32,227 bases of DNA. Origin: a virus (taxonomy: Duplodnaviria; Caudoviricetes). Positions 1 to 9,287 of this stretch are shown piece by piece (the first letter of the stretch is position 1; every line of letters begins with the position of its first letter). The position numbers and the translations under genes are program-made. The notes beneath the pieces were generated by a model. It saw only the letters and a program-made list of their open reading frames with translations. It searched no databases and was not told the origin of the DNA. The DNA lies in the IMG/VR virus record IMGVR_UViG_3300008255_000316, positions 1-32,227 of that record. The stretch is one strand, 5' to 3'.

Positions 1-99
1 GAATTTCTCGTGCTTAGGGAACCGATCAATAATCGGAAAGAGGTACTCAATAAAATCTTCAGCTTTATGCCACAAGACAAAATTACGTGTTACAGACAA
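1..99 (-). CDS. avd: DGR accessory variability determinant Avd (four-helix-bundle family), N-terminal 33 codons, truncated by window edge
   Basis: Not in the ORF track. TTG start at 99 with GGAGA 6 nt upstream. Reads MSVTRNFVLWHKAEDFIEYLFPIIDRFPKHEKF, matching the Avd/four-helix-bundle N-terminal pattern (L-x-x-K...FPKxEKF). Lies directly after the Mtd-like gene. Confidence 0.85.
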   Translation of the reverse strand, partial: MSVTRNFVLWHKAEDFIEYLFPIIDRFPKHEKF

Positions 100-128
100 A
101 ACAGATCTCCAGATATCAGATTACAGAT
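93..128 (-). repeat. Five spaced (A)TCTG units spanning the mtd stop codon (candidate IMH/3' cis element of the DGR)
   Basis: Minus strand reads aATCTGtaATCTGatATCTGgagATCTGttttgTCTGta. Plus strand has CAGAT at 102, 110, 117, 124 and CAGAC at 93. Confidence 0.5.
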
Positions 129-250
129 TGTCACAGGCCAGCCGCGACCCAATGCTTGTGCCCAGACTCCACGGAACGTAGTTCGCGAGCACAGCGCGGG
201 ACCCGGCCTTCACGCCGCTGTACCAGTACGCGCCAGCGATGTAGGTAATC
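121..250 (-). repeat. Putative DGR variable region (VR) at the 3' end of the adhesin gene
   Basis: C-terminus AGAYWYSGVKAGSRAVLANYVPWSLGTSIGSRLACD fits the CLec VR scaffold G-x-W-x-x-G-x-x-AGSR...PW...IG-x-R. Positions that are typically Asn in template repeats hold NNC/NNT codons (TAC, TAC, AGC, CTC, AAC, TAC, GTT, AGT, AGC). No template copy seen in this window. Confidence 0.75.
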
Positions 251-1311
251 AGGCCGGTGGCATTAGGCAAATAAGCCTGGCCTTTCCCTGCACCAAGTAC
301 GTTCTGCCAGGCGAAGCTGGTGGTATCGTGACGGTTGGACAGCTCATCAAGCCACTCATAAACATTGCCAACAGCGTCAACGATATTGAACGCCGAGATG
401 GCGGCGGGCTTGATGCCGGTGGCAGGATCGTGCGCTCCGGTGGAATTGTTCACTCGGCATCCAGTTCGCGCCCTGGCGCTGTTGGTGGTTTTTGTCCAGC
501 CGTAATCGTCCGCCCCGTCCTGCCCCTGGGGGTTACCGAAGGCTGACTTGATCCACTCGCCGTAGGTAAGAAGCCGCTTGTCTGCTCGCGCAGCCAGCTC
601 CCCGAAGGTGTACCAGTTCATGCCTTCGGTACCGGTAACGGGAACCTGACCATACTTCGACTGCAGGCGGCCGGTGGCAATGTGGAGTCCGTTGCTGCCG
701 CTTTCAAAGGTAATGGATTCCGCCGCGCTGGAGAGATAAATATCCACCCAGATATGACCGATCTTTACCATGCCCTCGGGGCTGCATTTGGGCCGGTTCT
801 GAAGGTCCCACACGGAATTGGGTATGATGCCGGTTGTGACGTTATCTTCCCAATCAATAGCCCCGGAGCCGAACCGGGTGCCTTCCGAGTCAACCGGCAC
901 CCAGAGGCCGTCGGTGCTTACTTTTCGGATGTACCCATAATGAAAGCCGCCGATTTTCCGACTGTTGTCGGCGCTATACCCGGCCGGGAAAGTGGTGTTC
1001 AAGCTGATGATGAACTGGCCATCGGCGCCGTCGTCCACAAGGTAAACGTAGTAGTCCTTGCCGACCTCAAAGGAACCGGTGTCAAGGTCTGCGTCCGAGA
1101 GCTCTACATCCGCATCCAAACGGAAGCTCTTCCACTGGGCGTTGTAGAGGGTGAGGGTCGTCCCCGCCTTGACCGTGATAATGTTCGCGGTATAGGCGAA
1201 GGGGTTTTTCTTTTCCAGTATCCTGTCACTGCGGACAAGCACGTCCATCATGCCGGAGAAAAGCGCGGCATCGGCGTCGGTAATATTGTCCTGTATAAGT
1301 CTTGCTATCAT
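121..1311 (-). CDS. mtd: Major tropism determinant-like tail adhesin (Mtd N-terminal region + FGE-type C-type lectin domain)
   Basis: 396 aa. Motifs LDTGSFEVGKDYYVY, NSRKIGGFHY, PEGMV, WVDIYLSS, KRLLTYGEW, DAVGNVYEW and terminal IGSRLACD. Last gene of the tail module. Confidence 0.88.
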   Translation of the reverse strand: MIARLIQDNITDADAALFSGMMDVLVRSDRILEKKNPFAYTANIITVKAGTTLTLYNAQWKSFRLDADVELSDADLDTGSFEVGKDYYVYLVDDGADGQFIISLNTTFPAGYSADNSRKIGGFHYGYIRKVSTDGLWVPVDSEGTRFGSGAIDWEDNVTTGIIPNSVWDLQNRPKCSPEGMVKIGHIWVDIYLSSAAESITFESGSNGLHIATGRLQSKYGQVPVTGTEGMNWYTFGELAARADKRLLTYGEWIKSAFGNPQGQDGADDYGWTKTTNSARARTGCRVNNSTGAHDPATGIKPAAISAFNIVDAVGNVYEWLDELSNRHDTTSFAWQNVLGAGKGQAYLPNATGLITYIAGAYWYSGVKAGSRAVLANYVPWSLGTSIGSRLACDNL

Positions 1312-1321
1312 TTGTTTCTCC

Positions 1322-1603
1322 TTATCCTAACTGGTTGACCATAAGGTCGATTTCGGCCACCGAAAGCCCGGAAGCTGCCAAGGCGGAACCGGGGTCTTGA
1401 ACCACTTCAAAGTCTTCCGGGGTCTGTTCTTCGGGATCAGCCGGAGCTGACTCTTTTAGCACCAGCATGGTTCCGGTGTTCTTTAGTGACGAGAGACGGG
1501 CTGAGAGCATAGACTTGTAGTGGGCGTCTCCCTTGGTCATGGCGTACTGATGAGCATTCAGCCAGTCCTGTTTTGTGTTGAATACATTGGGTATTCCCTT
1601 CAT
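1322..1603 (-). CDS. Small phage tail-region protein (possible fibre adaptor/chaperone)
   Basis: 93 aa; RBS AAGGAGG; start overlaps upstream stop; lies between tail fibre-like gene and mtd. Confidence 0.7.
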   Translation of the reverse strand: MKGIPNVFNTKQDWLNAHQYAMTKGDAHYKSMLSARLSSLKNTGTMLVLKESAPADPEEQTPEDFEVVQDPGSALAASGLSVAEIDLMVNQLG

Positions 1604-2457
1604 TAGATTTCCTCCTTGCGTATGAATAGATCAACCGGAACAGATTCCCGGCCGCCTACTGCAAATTCCCCTACGGGGCTTGTGCCAACTTTGATTTTGG
1701 GAGCACCGAGGACTGGGGTTTTGTAGGGGTAGCTGTCATGATACAGGTACACCTTCACCACTGTTTCGATACTCTCCACTCCGAGACTGCGAACAAAAGG
1801 CCATGAGCCAATCAACTGAGCCTTAACGGAATAGGTTCCGTCGGCAAGCCCAAGAGATGCGAAGGACAGCTCTTTGACGCCATCTGCATCTACCGCTATC
1901 CGCTTTACCGCCTCTCTGTCCAACAGATCGAGGAGAGAGACTATCCTGCCCCTTCGGGCATAATCCGGTACAAGCTCCTCAAAAGGCGTGGCGGAATCTA
2001 CCAGGATATCCGCGATGATGATGCCATCCCCTTCGTCCGGCCGCACGGCTCCTTCCAGGCTTCCTGATGCTCCTGGAACAAGCTCAAGAACCATACTTTC
2101 ATCGTTGTACAGATCGTGGCGCTGATTGTTGTCGTCGTACACATCGCCGTAACTATTCCGGACAAAGCTGGCCACCAGAGCCAGCCATTTATACTGACCG
2201 GCGGCGGGGCGCGCTATGTCTGCCAGACTGACGGTAACAGGATCTTCCGATTGTACCGCCCGCCCGGTTTCGTCAAACCCGAGACCCGGGCTTACCTGCG
2301 CCGTGTCGCCGGTTATTGACAGGGCAAAGCCGTAAGCCACCCCTTTACCGGCAAGGGCGGCGGCGATGGTTTTATCTGCCTTTTCCACGGAATCCTGAAG
2401 ACCGTTAAAATGTATGTCCTCGGGATACATGCCCTGCACAAATTGAATTTTGTCCAT
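1603..2457 (-). CDS. Proximal tail fibre / baseplate-attached protein
   Basis: Start revised to ATG 2457 (GAGGAGG RBS, TAATG overlap with upstream stop). N-terminal G-V-x-x-G...V-S-P-G-x-x-x-D-x-x-G-R pattern is typical of fibre N-termini; follows baseplate wedge genes. Confidence 0.65.
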   Translation of the reverse strand: MDKIQFVQGMYPEDIHFNGLQDSVEKADKTIAAALAGKGVAYGFALSITGDTAQVSPGLGFDETGRAVQSEDPVTVSLADIARPAAGQYKWLALVASFVRNSYGDVYDDNNQRHDLYNDESMVLELVPGASGSLEGAVRPDEGDGIIIADILVDSATPFEELVPDYARRGRIVSLLDLLDREAVKRIAVDADGVKELSFASLGLADGTYSVKAQLIGSWPFVRSLGVESIETVVKVYLYHDSYPYKTPVLGAPKIKVGTSPVGEFAVGGRESVPVDLFIRKEEI

Positions 2458-3236
2458 TACGAACACCTCCTCTCTATTGATTCTTCGAGTATTTCATCAA
2501 GCCGGGACTGAATGGCGGAGACGCAGTCAGGGCTTTGGGTTTTTACAAGGACGAGGGGGTCAGCCCCGTGGATTATTCTGGTAAAGCCAAGCATGGCATA
2601 GCCGAGGCGAAAACCATCATCCGGCAAGAGCTCAACAGTCGCGGAACAGATATCTTCCAGCTGCCGAGCAATCCAGGTGGAACCTCCAAGCTTGCGCAGC
2701 AAGTCAATTCCTGCGGGAGACACCGGATTAAAGACCCATGGCAGAACATGGATTTCAATGTCCGGATCGAGAGACGTATCCAGAAAGGTGTATATCCAGT
2801 CCTCTTCCTGGGTCGTCATGTCCCGCACCTTCACATACAGCCTAAACCCTCCGCCCAAGGGTGAAGCGCCCAGCGGCGAGTATCCGACACGAAAGCCTAT
2901 TTTCGGATACTCCAAAAGGGAATACCGGCCTGGTATAAGCTGGTCCAGAAACTCCTTGACAAACCCGCGCATCCCTTGCCGCTCCAGATAGTACGCGGCT
3001 GCCGACACCCGATCCTGGTAGGCGGCATCGGTGTCGAAGGGAAAGCGGGGTATGGATAAGGCCGCTCCATGACGGGCCACATCGTCATTGCTTGCTGTAA
3101 GAGGGAAAAATGCCTCCAGGGACTTCTGCCCGTCGGCGGCCATACGGGCAGTGACTCGACCGATTAGCCGGTAAAGGGTGGAGCGGTTCTTCTTTGTATG
3201 CCCCGGCGGCCGGAGCTTATCTATTACATCCTGCAC
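2457..3236 (-). CDS. Baseplate wedge protein (Mu gp48 / P2 gpI-like position)
   Basis: 259 aa immediately after baseplate J; G-x-x-L-x-I-x-R...D-T-D-x-x-Y-x-x-R-V motif. Confidence 0.6.
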   Translation of the reverse strand: MQDVIDKLRPPGHTKKNRSTLYRLIGRVTARMAADGQKSLEAFFPLTASNDDVARHGAALSIPRFPFDTDAAYQDRVSAAAYYLERQGMRGFVKEFLDQLIPGRYSLLEYPKIGFRVGYSPLGASPLGGGFRLYVKVRDMTTQEEDWIYTFLDTSLDPDIEIHVLPWVFNPVSPAGIDLLRKLGGSTWIARQLEDICSATVELLPDDGFRLGYAMLGFTRIIHGADPLVLVKTQSPDCVSAIQSRLDEILEESIERRCS

Positions 3237-3237
3237 G

Positions 3238-4290
3238 TCAAACCACCTTTGTTACCGTGACTGTTCCCGGGACTATCAGCTCATTTTCTCCGGCTTCTAT
3301 ATCCCTGGCCGGGGATATAATCTCCAGGGAATCAAGCACCAGATCTACCCACGGCTCGGTATAAAGCTTTCTGATTTCAAGCTTCCCCTCGATGCCGAGG
3401 GAAATGATGTACTGCCGCAGGACAAGCTCTACTTCCGCCTCGGAATAATCGCCACCGTATTCAACTTCCACATCGCAGATGATTGCCTCCGGAGCACGAA
3501 CAATAAGATCGCGGCACACAAGACCGTAGGCGTCCAGGGCATCCCTTACGATGGTAAGCAGCGCCGACGAGGGCAGGCCTTCAACCGAAGTGATCAGGAC
3601 ATCCATGGAGCCAAACCCCCGGGGAGTGCGGATAACCTTGGCGCTTACCACCCCGGTAACAGTTGCGGCAATGTATTCATACTTTGACGGAGGATTTCCT
3701 TCGCCGATGCTTTTCCACTTGTCCTTGATTCGCGAACGCAAAGAGGCGTCCGTCTCCTCGTCTGTTCCAAGAGTTTCTGTCCATTCTTCCGGCACCGAAA
3801 GAGACGAGAGCCCCTGAATCACACTAGTAGCGCGCAGCGAGGTTCCCGGAGTGAGATTGTAGACACTGCCCTCAAGCTCAGCCTCCACGGGTATTACAAA
3901 GGCCCCGGCGTAAAAAAGGGTGTCAGATGTAACCTTAAAGCGCAGGGCCGTTCCTTCGGTAATTATCCATGTTCCCTTTTTGATTTTGCCGTCATCAAAT
4001 GCCTGGCCCGCAAAACTGCCCGCCGCCTTGACTGCTTTTTTCCGGGTTACACCGACAAGCATTCCCCACAGAGAAAGCCAGAAACCTGTGGCTGTATCCA
4101 GATTCGCCTGCTTATACACAGGATTGATATACGACACATAGGCGGCGGAGGCGGTTCTGGCGAGCACTTCAAGAAAGGCCCGCAGAACCCCCACGCTTTT
4201 CATGTTGGTAAGGCCTGTCTCTTCTTTGCCCCACTGTATAATTTCTTCCCGAATTTCTTCTTCGCTTTTATCTATCCAGCTATCAGACAT
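3238..4290 (-). CDS. Baseplate J/gp47 family protein
   Basis: 350 aa; LDTATG..L..WG..VGVTRK, G-x-x-YN, GTDEETDASLRSR, VTGV-x-x-A-x-V-x-x-x-PRG-x-G motifs. Confidence 0.92.
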   Translation of the reverse strand: MSDSWIDKSEEEIREEIIQWGKEETGLTNMKSVGVLRAFLEVLARTASAAYVSYINPVYKQANLDTATGFWLSLWGMLVGVTRKKAVKAAGSFAGQAFDDGKIKKGTWIITEGTALRFKVTSDTLFYAGAFVIPVEAELEGSVYNLTPGTSLRATSVIQGLSSLSVPEEWTETLGTDEETDASLRSRIKDKWKSIGEGNPPSKYEYIAATVTGVVSAKVIRTPRGFGSMDVLITSVEGLPSSALLTIVRDALDAYGLVCRDLIVRAPEAIICDVEVEYGGDYSEAEVELVLRQYIISLGIEGKLEIRKLYTEPWVDLVLDSLEIISPARDIEAGENELIVPGTVTVTKVV

Positions 4291-4293
4291 ACC

Positions 4294-4665
4294 TCACTCT
4301 CCTTTCCCCAGGTCAAAGTCCAGAGTCTCCGGACTTACCGCCGCCAGCGGGGTAAACTCCAGGCGGTAGGTCTTACCGTCGGTCAAGGCAGTAGCCTTCA
4401 CTGACGAAGGCTCAACCCGTTCATCCTCAATGGCAACGCGCTCAAGCTCGGCAACCACTGCGGCAGCGTCGCTCTGAGAGTCGTTTAGCATCAAGAGCAT
4501 CGAGCTGCCTGCAGCCTTGTCCCATCCAAGGGCCCCCGGTGCAATCTTCAGCTCCTGGTCAATGTCCTGGGCAATACAGGCAGGCCCTGAAACCAGTTCA
4601 ATATCCCCGTCGGGGGTAAATACGATGTCGTCATCGACCAGAAGCATGTCTGTTCCGTAATCCAT
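4294..4665 (-). CDS. Baseplate protein, gp25/gpW/Mu gp46-like
   Basis: 123 aa; DGDIELVSG...QDI...G...DERV pattern; directly upstream of baseplate J. Confidence 0.7.
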   Translation of the reverse strand: MDYGTDMLLVDDDIVFTPDGDIELVSGPACIAQDIDQELKIAPGALGWDKAAGSSMLLMLNDSQSDAAAVVAELERVAIEDERVEPSSVKATALTDGKTYRLEFTPLAAVSPETLDFDLGKGE

Positions 4666-4901
4666 CAGGTAATACCTCCTTGCCCGTTTCCAACCACAGG
4701 GTAAGGCCCGGCAGTTCCGGTGACAGTGGTTTGCACCATGGCGTTTGTTGTAATATGGGCGACAATCTTTTCGGCGATGATCCGGGCGAACTCTTCGGCG
4801 TAATCCTCCACGGTCATTCCTTCATCCCCGCTAAACCCGCTTTCCCAGAAGGTGATCAGAGCGGGCTTTAATTCGTTCTTCAAGACTGTTGAATCAAGCA
4901 T
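4665..4901 (-). CDS. Small baseplate-region hypothetical protein
   Basis: 78 aa; GAGG RBS; stop overlaps next start. Confidence 0.7.
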   Translation of the reverse strand: MLDSTVLKNELKPALITFWESGFSGDEGMTVEDYAEEFARIIAEKIVAHITTNAMVQTTVTGTAGPYPVVGNGQGGIT

Positions 4902-4907
4902 AAAACC

Positions 4908-5474
4908 TCACTTTAAAAGACCTGCTATTTCTTGCTTTATGGCCTGGAGCTTCTGCACCGACACCGGAGATACTACATGCTGGGGCGGCGCCCCCTGGGT
5001 CTGAATGGCCGATATTTCATCAATTAGCTTTTCCAGAATCGCTTTCAGGCTCTGGGTTTTGGTCTCGAAGAGAAACAGGGAATCCACGTCAACCCCTAGC
5101 CTTAAGCCGTCGCCATCGGTAATCACGAGCTGATCCTTGGCGAACTCGCCCGCCTGGTACTCATCTGACCAGATTCCCGCAACAAACGGATAGGCCGGGT
5201 TCCAACCGATAAACGAGACCACAACCAGGGTATTCTCCGGCGGGACGGCATACAAACCTTTTCCCTTCTGTCCTACCCATATCGGGGATATGGGAACCTC
5301 GGCGATCACTTGATCCGTCTCTTCAAGGCTTCCGGGGGTAAGGATGCGCACATCCACCGAGTAGGCGGTTTTACCCGGGCCTTCGTGGGCCTTAACCACC
5401 TTTCCGATGGCCGGGGCCGAACGGTGAGGAAGCAAGGCGCCAAGCAGGTTCCGCAGGATATCTTCTGTCTGCAC
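4908..5474 (-). CDS. Baseplate spike (gpV/Mu gp45-like)
   Basis: 188 aa; OB-fold-like VPI..W.G...GLYAVP..NTLVVVSF...P..PFV; follows hub gene. Confidence 0.72.
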   Translation of the reverse strand: MQTEDILRNLLGALLPHRSAPAIGKVVKAHEGPGKTAYSVDVRILTPGSLEETDQVIAEVPISPIWVGQKGKGLYAVPPENTLVVVSFIGWNPAYPFVAGIWSDEYQAGEFAKDQLVITDGDGLRLGVDVDSLFLFETKTQSLKAILEKLIDEISAIQTQGAPPQHVVSPVSVQKLQAIKQEIAGLLK

Positions 5475-5477
5475 GCT

Positions 5478-6230
5478 TTACTCCTTCACCCTGATGGCCA
5501 GAAACGACCGGCGAGCCGAAAGAACAAGCTCGGTTCGAGCAGCGATCAAGGACGCTCCGTCAACCTCAAGGCTCTGGCTATGGCGGAAGGCGGCCGGAAG
5601 CGTCATAATCCTTTCCGGCCTTTTTTCTATAATGGTTCTGCCGGTTTCAAGGCTCAAAGGATCGCCTGAGTTTACGGCGCTGTCATCTATAGTTCCGAAA
5701 CGGAAGATGTTTTCAGCATCAAAAAAATAGCGCAACCCGGAATAACCGAAGGTCTTCAGGGTCTCTATAAGGGAGGCAATAAGATCCACGGCGGATTTCT
5801 CGGCATGGGAGAACCGGGGAACCTCCACATCTGGACAGGTCACATCCCTGCCGGTAATTCCTGCCGCATCAAGGATATCTGAAAGAATGACCCCGGCGGT
5901 TTCCTTGCGGTAAGCGGTAGCCAGGGCCGTGTCAAAGAGATTCTTGTATCCGTCGGCAAGACTCAGCTTCCGGGCGCTCCCGTAAACTTTGGCGTCGTAG
6001 ACCTGGCCGGTAAAAAGCACAGCAGTTTTCACAGGGGTCTTCAAGGAAACAGCCACCTCATCTCCGGCTTTTCCCAGCTCAACGGAGGAAGGATACTCAA
6101 GCTCACAGATAGCCGCCGGTAAGCTTTGATCTGTCACCAGGCGGAAGGAAAGAGGTCGTTTTGTTATTCTCTGGCCGGAAAGCGATACCTCAACCTGCAC
6201 AAGCCGCCGCTTCTGTTCAGAACTGCTCAA
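5478..6230 (-). CDS. Baseplate hub (Mu gp44 / P2 gpD-like)
   Basis: 250 aa; LFTG.V, T...ILSDI...AG, YFFD....FRFG motifs; synteny. Confidence 0.7.
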   Translation of the reverse strand: MSSSEQKRRLVQVEVSLSGQRITKRPLSFRLVTDQSLPAAICELEYPSSVELGKAGDEVAVSLKTPVKTAVLFTGQVYDAKVYGSARKLSLADGYKNLFDTALATAYRKETAGVILSDILDAAGITGRDVTCPDVEVPRFSHAEKSAVDLIASLIETLKTFGYSGLRYFFDAENIFRFGTIDDSAVNSGDPLSLETGRTIIEKRPERIMTLPAAFRHSQSLEVDGASLIAARTELVLSARRSFLAIRVKE

Positions 6231-6780
6231 GACGGGCCTCCATGGCGCTTAGCCTTCGCTGCATCTGGGCGGATACCCGGGGCTCCTGAACAGCCGCTTC
6301 GGTGGCATCCGCCTGGGCTGTGGCAGCCTGGGTCTGTCGCTGTTGGGTGGCGGCCACAGTGCTTTCGTGCTCCACGAACTGCAGGTTTATCTTGATTTTT
6401 TGTTTTCCCCTGGACTCGACGCTTTTAAGGTCGGAGAACAGAAGCTTGCGGATTCCCCAGGCAGAAACCATGGGATGCTGCAGAACATACAGTTCCGGGC
6501 CGCCGTCATCAGCCACTTTCTTGAATACCCCGGTCACTTTCGCCAGGCTATCGTACCGGCTCATCCCTTTGCCGGGGTCGTCAATCAAGGTGAGGGAAAT
6601 GCTTAAATCCGCATCTCCCCAGCCGTGTACGGTTCTGGTGGCCCCGCTAGATCCCTGCATGGAAGAGCTTTCCATACTCAATGCTCCGCCGATTTCCACG
6701 GAGTCCAGAATCCCGGGAAGGGCTTTCGGCGGCGAGCCAATCAAGATCAGGCCGTTTTCGGTATCTACAGAAAGTATCAT
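6217..6780 (-). CDS. Tail tube initiator / tail-associated protein
   Basis: 187 aa directly after tape measure, with overlapping start/stop; beta-rich with I-x-L-x-F-x-E motif. Confidence 0.6.
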   Translation of the reverse strand: MILSVDTENGLILIGSPPKALPGILDSVEIGGALSMESSSMQGSSGATRTVHGWGDADLSISLTLIDDPGKGMSRYDSLAKVTGVFKKVADDGGPELYVLQHPMVSAWGIRKLLFSDLKSVESRGKQKIKINLQFVEHESTVAATQQRQTQAATAQADATEAAVQEPRVSAQMQRRLSAMEARLEQF

Positions 6781-9287
6781 ACCGGTACCCCCTGGGGCCG
6801 CTCGACCATGTGCATGATCTGGCGGATAAAGTCATAGGCGTTCTCGAAGTCTTCGGACTGCACATACAGGTTTTGTATGGTCACCTGAGAGGGCCGGGCA
6901 CGATCGTCGGAAGTATCCCGGCCTTCGGGAATGGTATATTCACCGGAGGGGGCAGCCGAAGCGAACACCTGGCTTGCCCGCTGCTCAAGCGCCGAAGGGT
7001 CCATACCCCGGGCAAAGGTATTGGTCAGAGCCCGGCCGGAGGCGCTGAGGCGGGACAAGGGGCCTTCGTCTGCGTCGGAGTGAGGCATCTGGGAATCAAT
7101 GCCGCGCAGCGAATTGCCGAAAGCGGAGGCCGGAGCGGAGGCGTTAGACTGAATGCCCTGGGCAAAGGCGTCGTTCATCTGGGAGCCCGATTCCTTGGCA
7201 CCGCCGAAAAGGCCGCCGAAGAAATCGCCGATGCCGCCAACAACGCCACCGACCTTGTCAACGATTCCGCCCACCACATTGGTAATGCCGCCGAAGATGC
7301 TGGATATGCCGTCAAAGATTGCCCGGAATGGTGCAAGGAAAAAGTCGATAATTCCCGACACCCAGTCTACGAATCCGGTAATTACTCCCTTGACCCCTTC
7401 CCACAGATTGGCGAAAAACCCTTTGATTCCTTCCCAGGCGGATTGAAATCCGCCGACCATACCGGTCCATAGATTAGCGAAAAACTCCTTGATGGAATCC
7501 CAGTGCTTAATCACCAGAGCGGGAATTCCGATGAACGGAAAGAACAGGGCCACCGCCCCGAGCACCCAGTCGGAGGCGCCGAATATGACGCCCTTGATCC
7601 ATTCCATGCCTTTCTGGAAAATCCCGACCAGCCAATCCCAGGCGGAGGTGAAGGCGCTTTTTATACCTTCCCACATGCGAGAGAAGAAACCGGAGACCTT
7701 GTCCCAGTGCTTAATCAGGAGATACGCCCCGCCGACAATAAGGGCCACGGCACCCACAACAGCCAGAATCGGCCACATGGTCGCCCAGAGACTAGCCCCG
7801 AAGGCGGTGGTAGCTCCGGTTGCCGCTCCGATTCCTCCGGTAGCCCCAGCGCTGGCTGCTCCGAAGGCGCCGGTTCCCCCCGATGCGGTGGCAGAAGCTC
7901 CGCCGATGCCGAAAAGACGGAAGATAAATCCACGGGCAAGACCACTCACCATTTTAAAGGGAGCTCCAAGAAGGGAAAGAGAACTTTTAAACAGCTTCGC
8001 AATTCCCCCGGCGTTCTGAATGTTCGCGGTCAACACCGAGAGCTGGGCGGCGGTGTTCAAGGCTCCCGAGCCCATGTTCAGCATAGCCTTGGCGCCTTCA
8101 CCGACAAAGGCGGTTATTTTTGAAACCGCCGGGCCCACCGGACTCTCCATGATGGGCGCCGCCACGTTCTCCAGAAAGCCGATCTTCATGTCCACAAAGA
8201 ACCCGCGTATCTGGTTTATATCCCCGCCTATCTGGGCCTGCAAAGAACCGGAGGCGGCTTCCAGCCTGGCCATCTTGGCTTCTATGGATTCCAGCTGTAC
8301 CCCCCGGGCCTGCTCGGTTACCCCTTCGAGGCCGCTTTTGTAGGTGTCGGCGAAGCTGGAAAAACCATCCTGGGTCAGGGCGATTGCGCCTTGCAGGGCT
8401 TCGGTAGACCCAAGAGCACGGGCCATGGCATCAGAGCTACCGCCCAAGGCGGTACTGATCATCCCAAGGGATTCAGCCAGACCATACTGTTCCAGCATGG
8501 CCGAGCCGGATTCCATACCCATGGACTGGAGTAGCCGGTTTAAAGTTTCGTTGGGATTGAGCAGACTGGTAACGGCCGCCCGGAGTTGTGTTCCGGCAGC
8601 GCTGGCAGTCTGGCCTTTGCTGGTGATGTAAGCCATGGACGCACCTACCTCGTCAAAGCCAATTCCTACCGAGGAGGTGAGCCCGGCAATAGGACTCATG
8701 GCGGAGACAAACTCGTCCATGGAGCCGACACCTTTTCCTACGGTGGCGGTAAAAACATCGGCGGCAAAGTTCGCCTGATCTGCGGAGAAATTATAGGCAT
8801 TCATGACCTTAATAAGACCGCCGGTGGCGGTTCCAAGGTCTGCCTGGCCTGCTTCGGCCAACGCCACGGAGGCTTCAAGGGTTGCCATTCTGGCCGATAC
8901 ATCGGTGACACCGCTGGCCACGTCGTAATAGGCCGCCGCCACCTTTTCTGGCCCCGCAATGGCCCGGCCGCCCACCGAAAGAAGTTCCCGGCGCAGGCCG
9001 TTCATTTCCTCGGCGGTGGAGCCGGTAACAGCCTGAATGTTCCGCAGGGAGCTGTCCAGGGTTCCGGCGATCCGGGCAGGCTGATCCAGGGCGTTTGACA
9101 AAGCCTGGCGCATGGGGTCGGTCATGGCGGTCATCATGGACAGGTCGGCGGCCATGCGGTTCATTTCCTGATTCTCGTTAATTTCCCCCATAGCGGACTT
9201 CATGCCCGCAAAGGAGTTCTGGGCCTGCTGGAACCCGGAAGAGAACGCGTCTTTGAACATTAATGTAATGGAACTGGTAAAGTTCAC
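6777..9287 (-). CDS. Tail tape measure protein (TP901-like core)
   Basis: 836 aa, Ala/Gly-rich; AGTQLRA core motif, hydrophobic segments, W/F-periodic repeats, C-terminal PHSDADEGPLS motif. Confidence 0.95.
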   Translation of the reverse strand: MNFTSSITLMFKDAFSSGFQQAQNSFAGMKSAMGEINENQEMNRMAADLSMMTAMTDPMRQALSNALDQPARIAGTLDSSLRNIQAVTGSTAEEMNGLRRELLSVGGRAIAGPEKVAAAYYDVASGVTDVSARMATLEASVALAEAGQADLGTATGGLIKVMNAYNFSADQANFAADVFTATVGKGVGSMDEFVSAMSPIAGLTSSVGIGFDEVGASMAYITSKGQTASAAGTQLRAAVTSLLNPNETLNRLLQSMGMESGSAMLEQYGLAESLGMISTALGGSSDAMARALGSTEALQGAIALTQDGFSSFADTYKSGLEGVTEQARGVQLESIEAKMARLEAASGSLQAQIGGDINQIRGFFVDMKIGFLENVAAPIMESPVGPAVSKITAFVGEGAKAMLNMGSGALNTAAQLSVLTANIQNAGGIAKLFKSSLSLLGAPFKMVSGLARGFIFRLFGIGGASATASGGTGAFGAASAGATGGIGAATGATTAFGASLWATMWPILAVVGAVALIVGGAYLLIKHWDKVSGFFSRMWEGIKSAFTSAWDWLVGIFQKGMEWIKGVIFGASDWVLGAVALFFPFIGIPALVIKHWDSIKEFFANLWTGMVGGFQSAWEGIKGFFANLWEGVKGVITGFVDWVSGIIDFFLAPFRAIFDGISSIFGGITNVVGGIVDKVGGVVGGIGDFFGGLFGGAKESGSQMNDAFAQGIQSNASAPASAFGNSLRGIDSQMPHSDADEGPLSRLSASGRALTNTFARGMDPSALEQRASQVFASAAPSGEYTIPEGRDTSDDRARPSQVTIQNLYVQSEDFENAYDFIRQIMHMVERPQGVPV

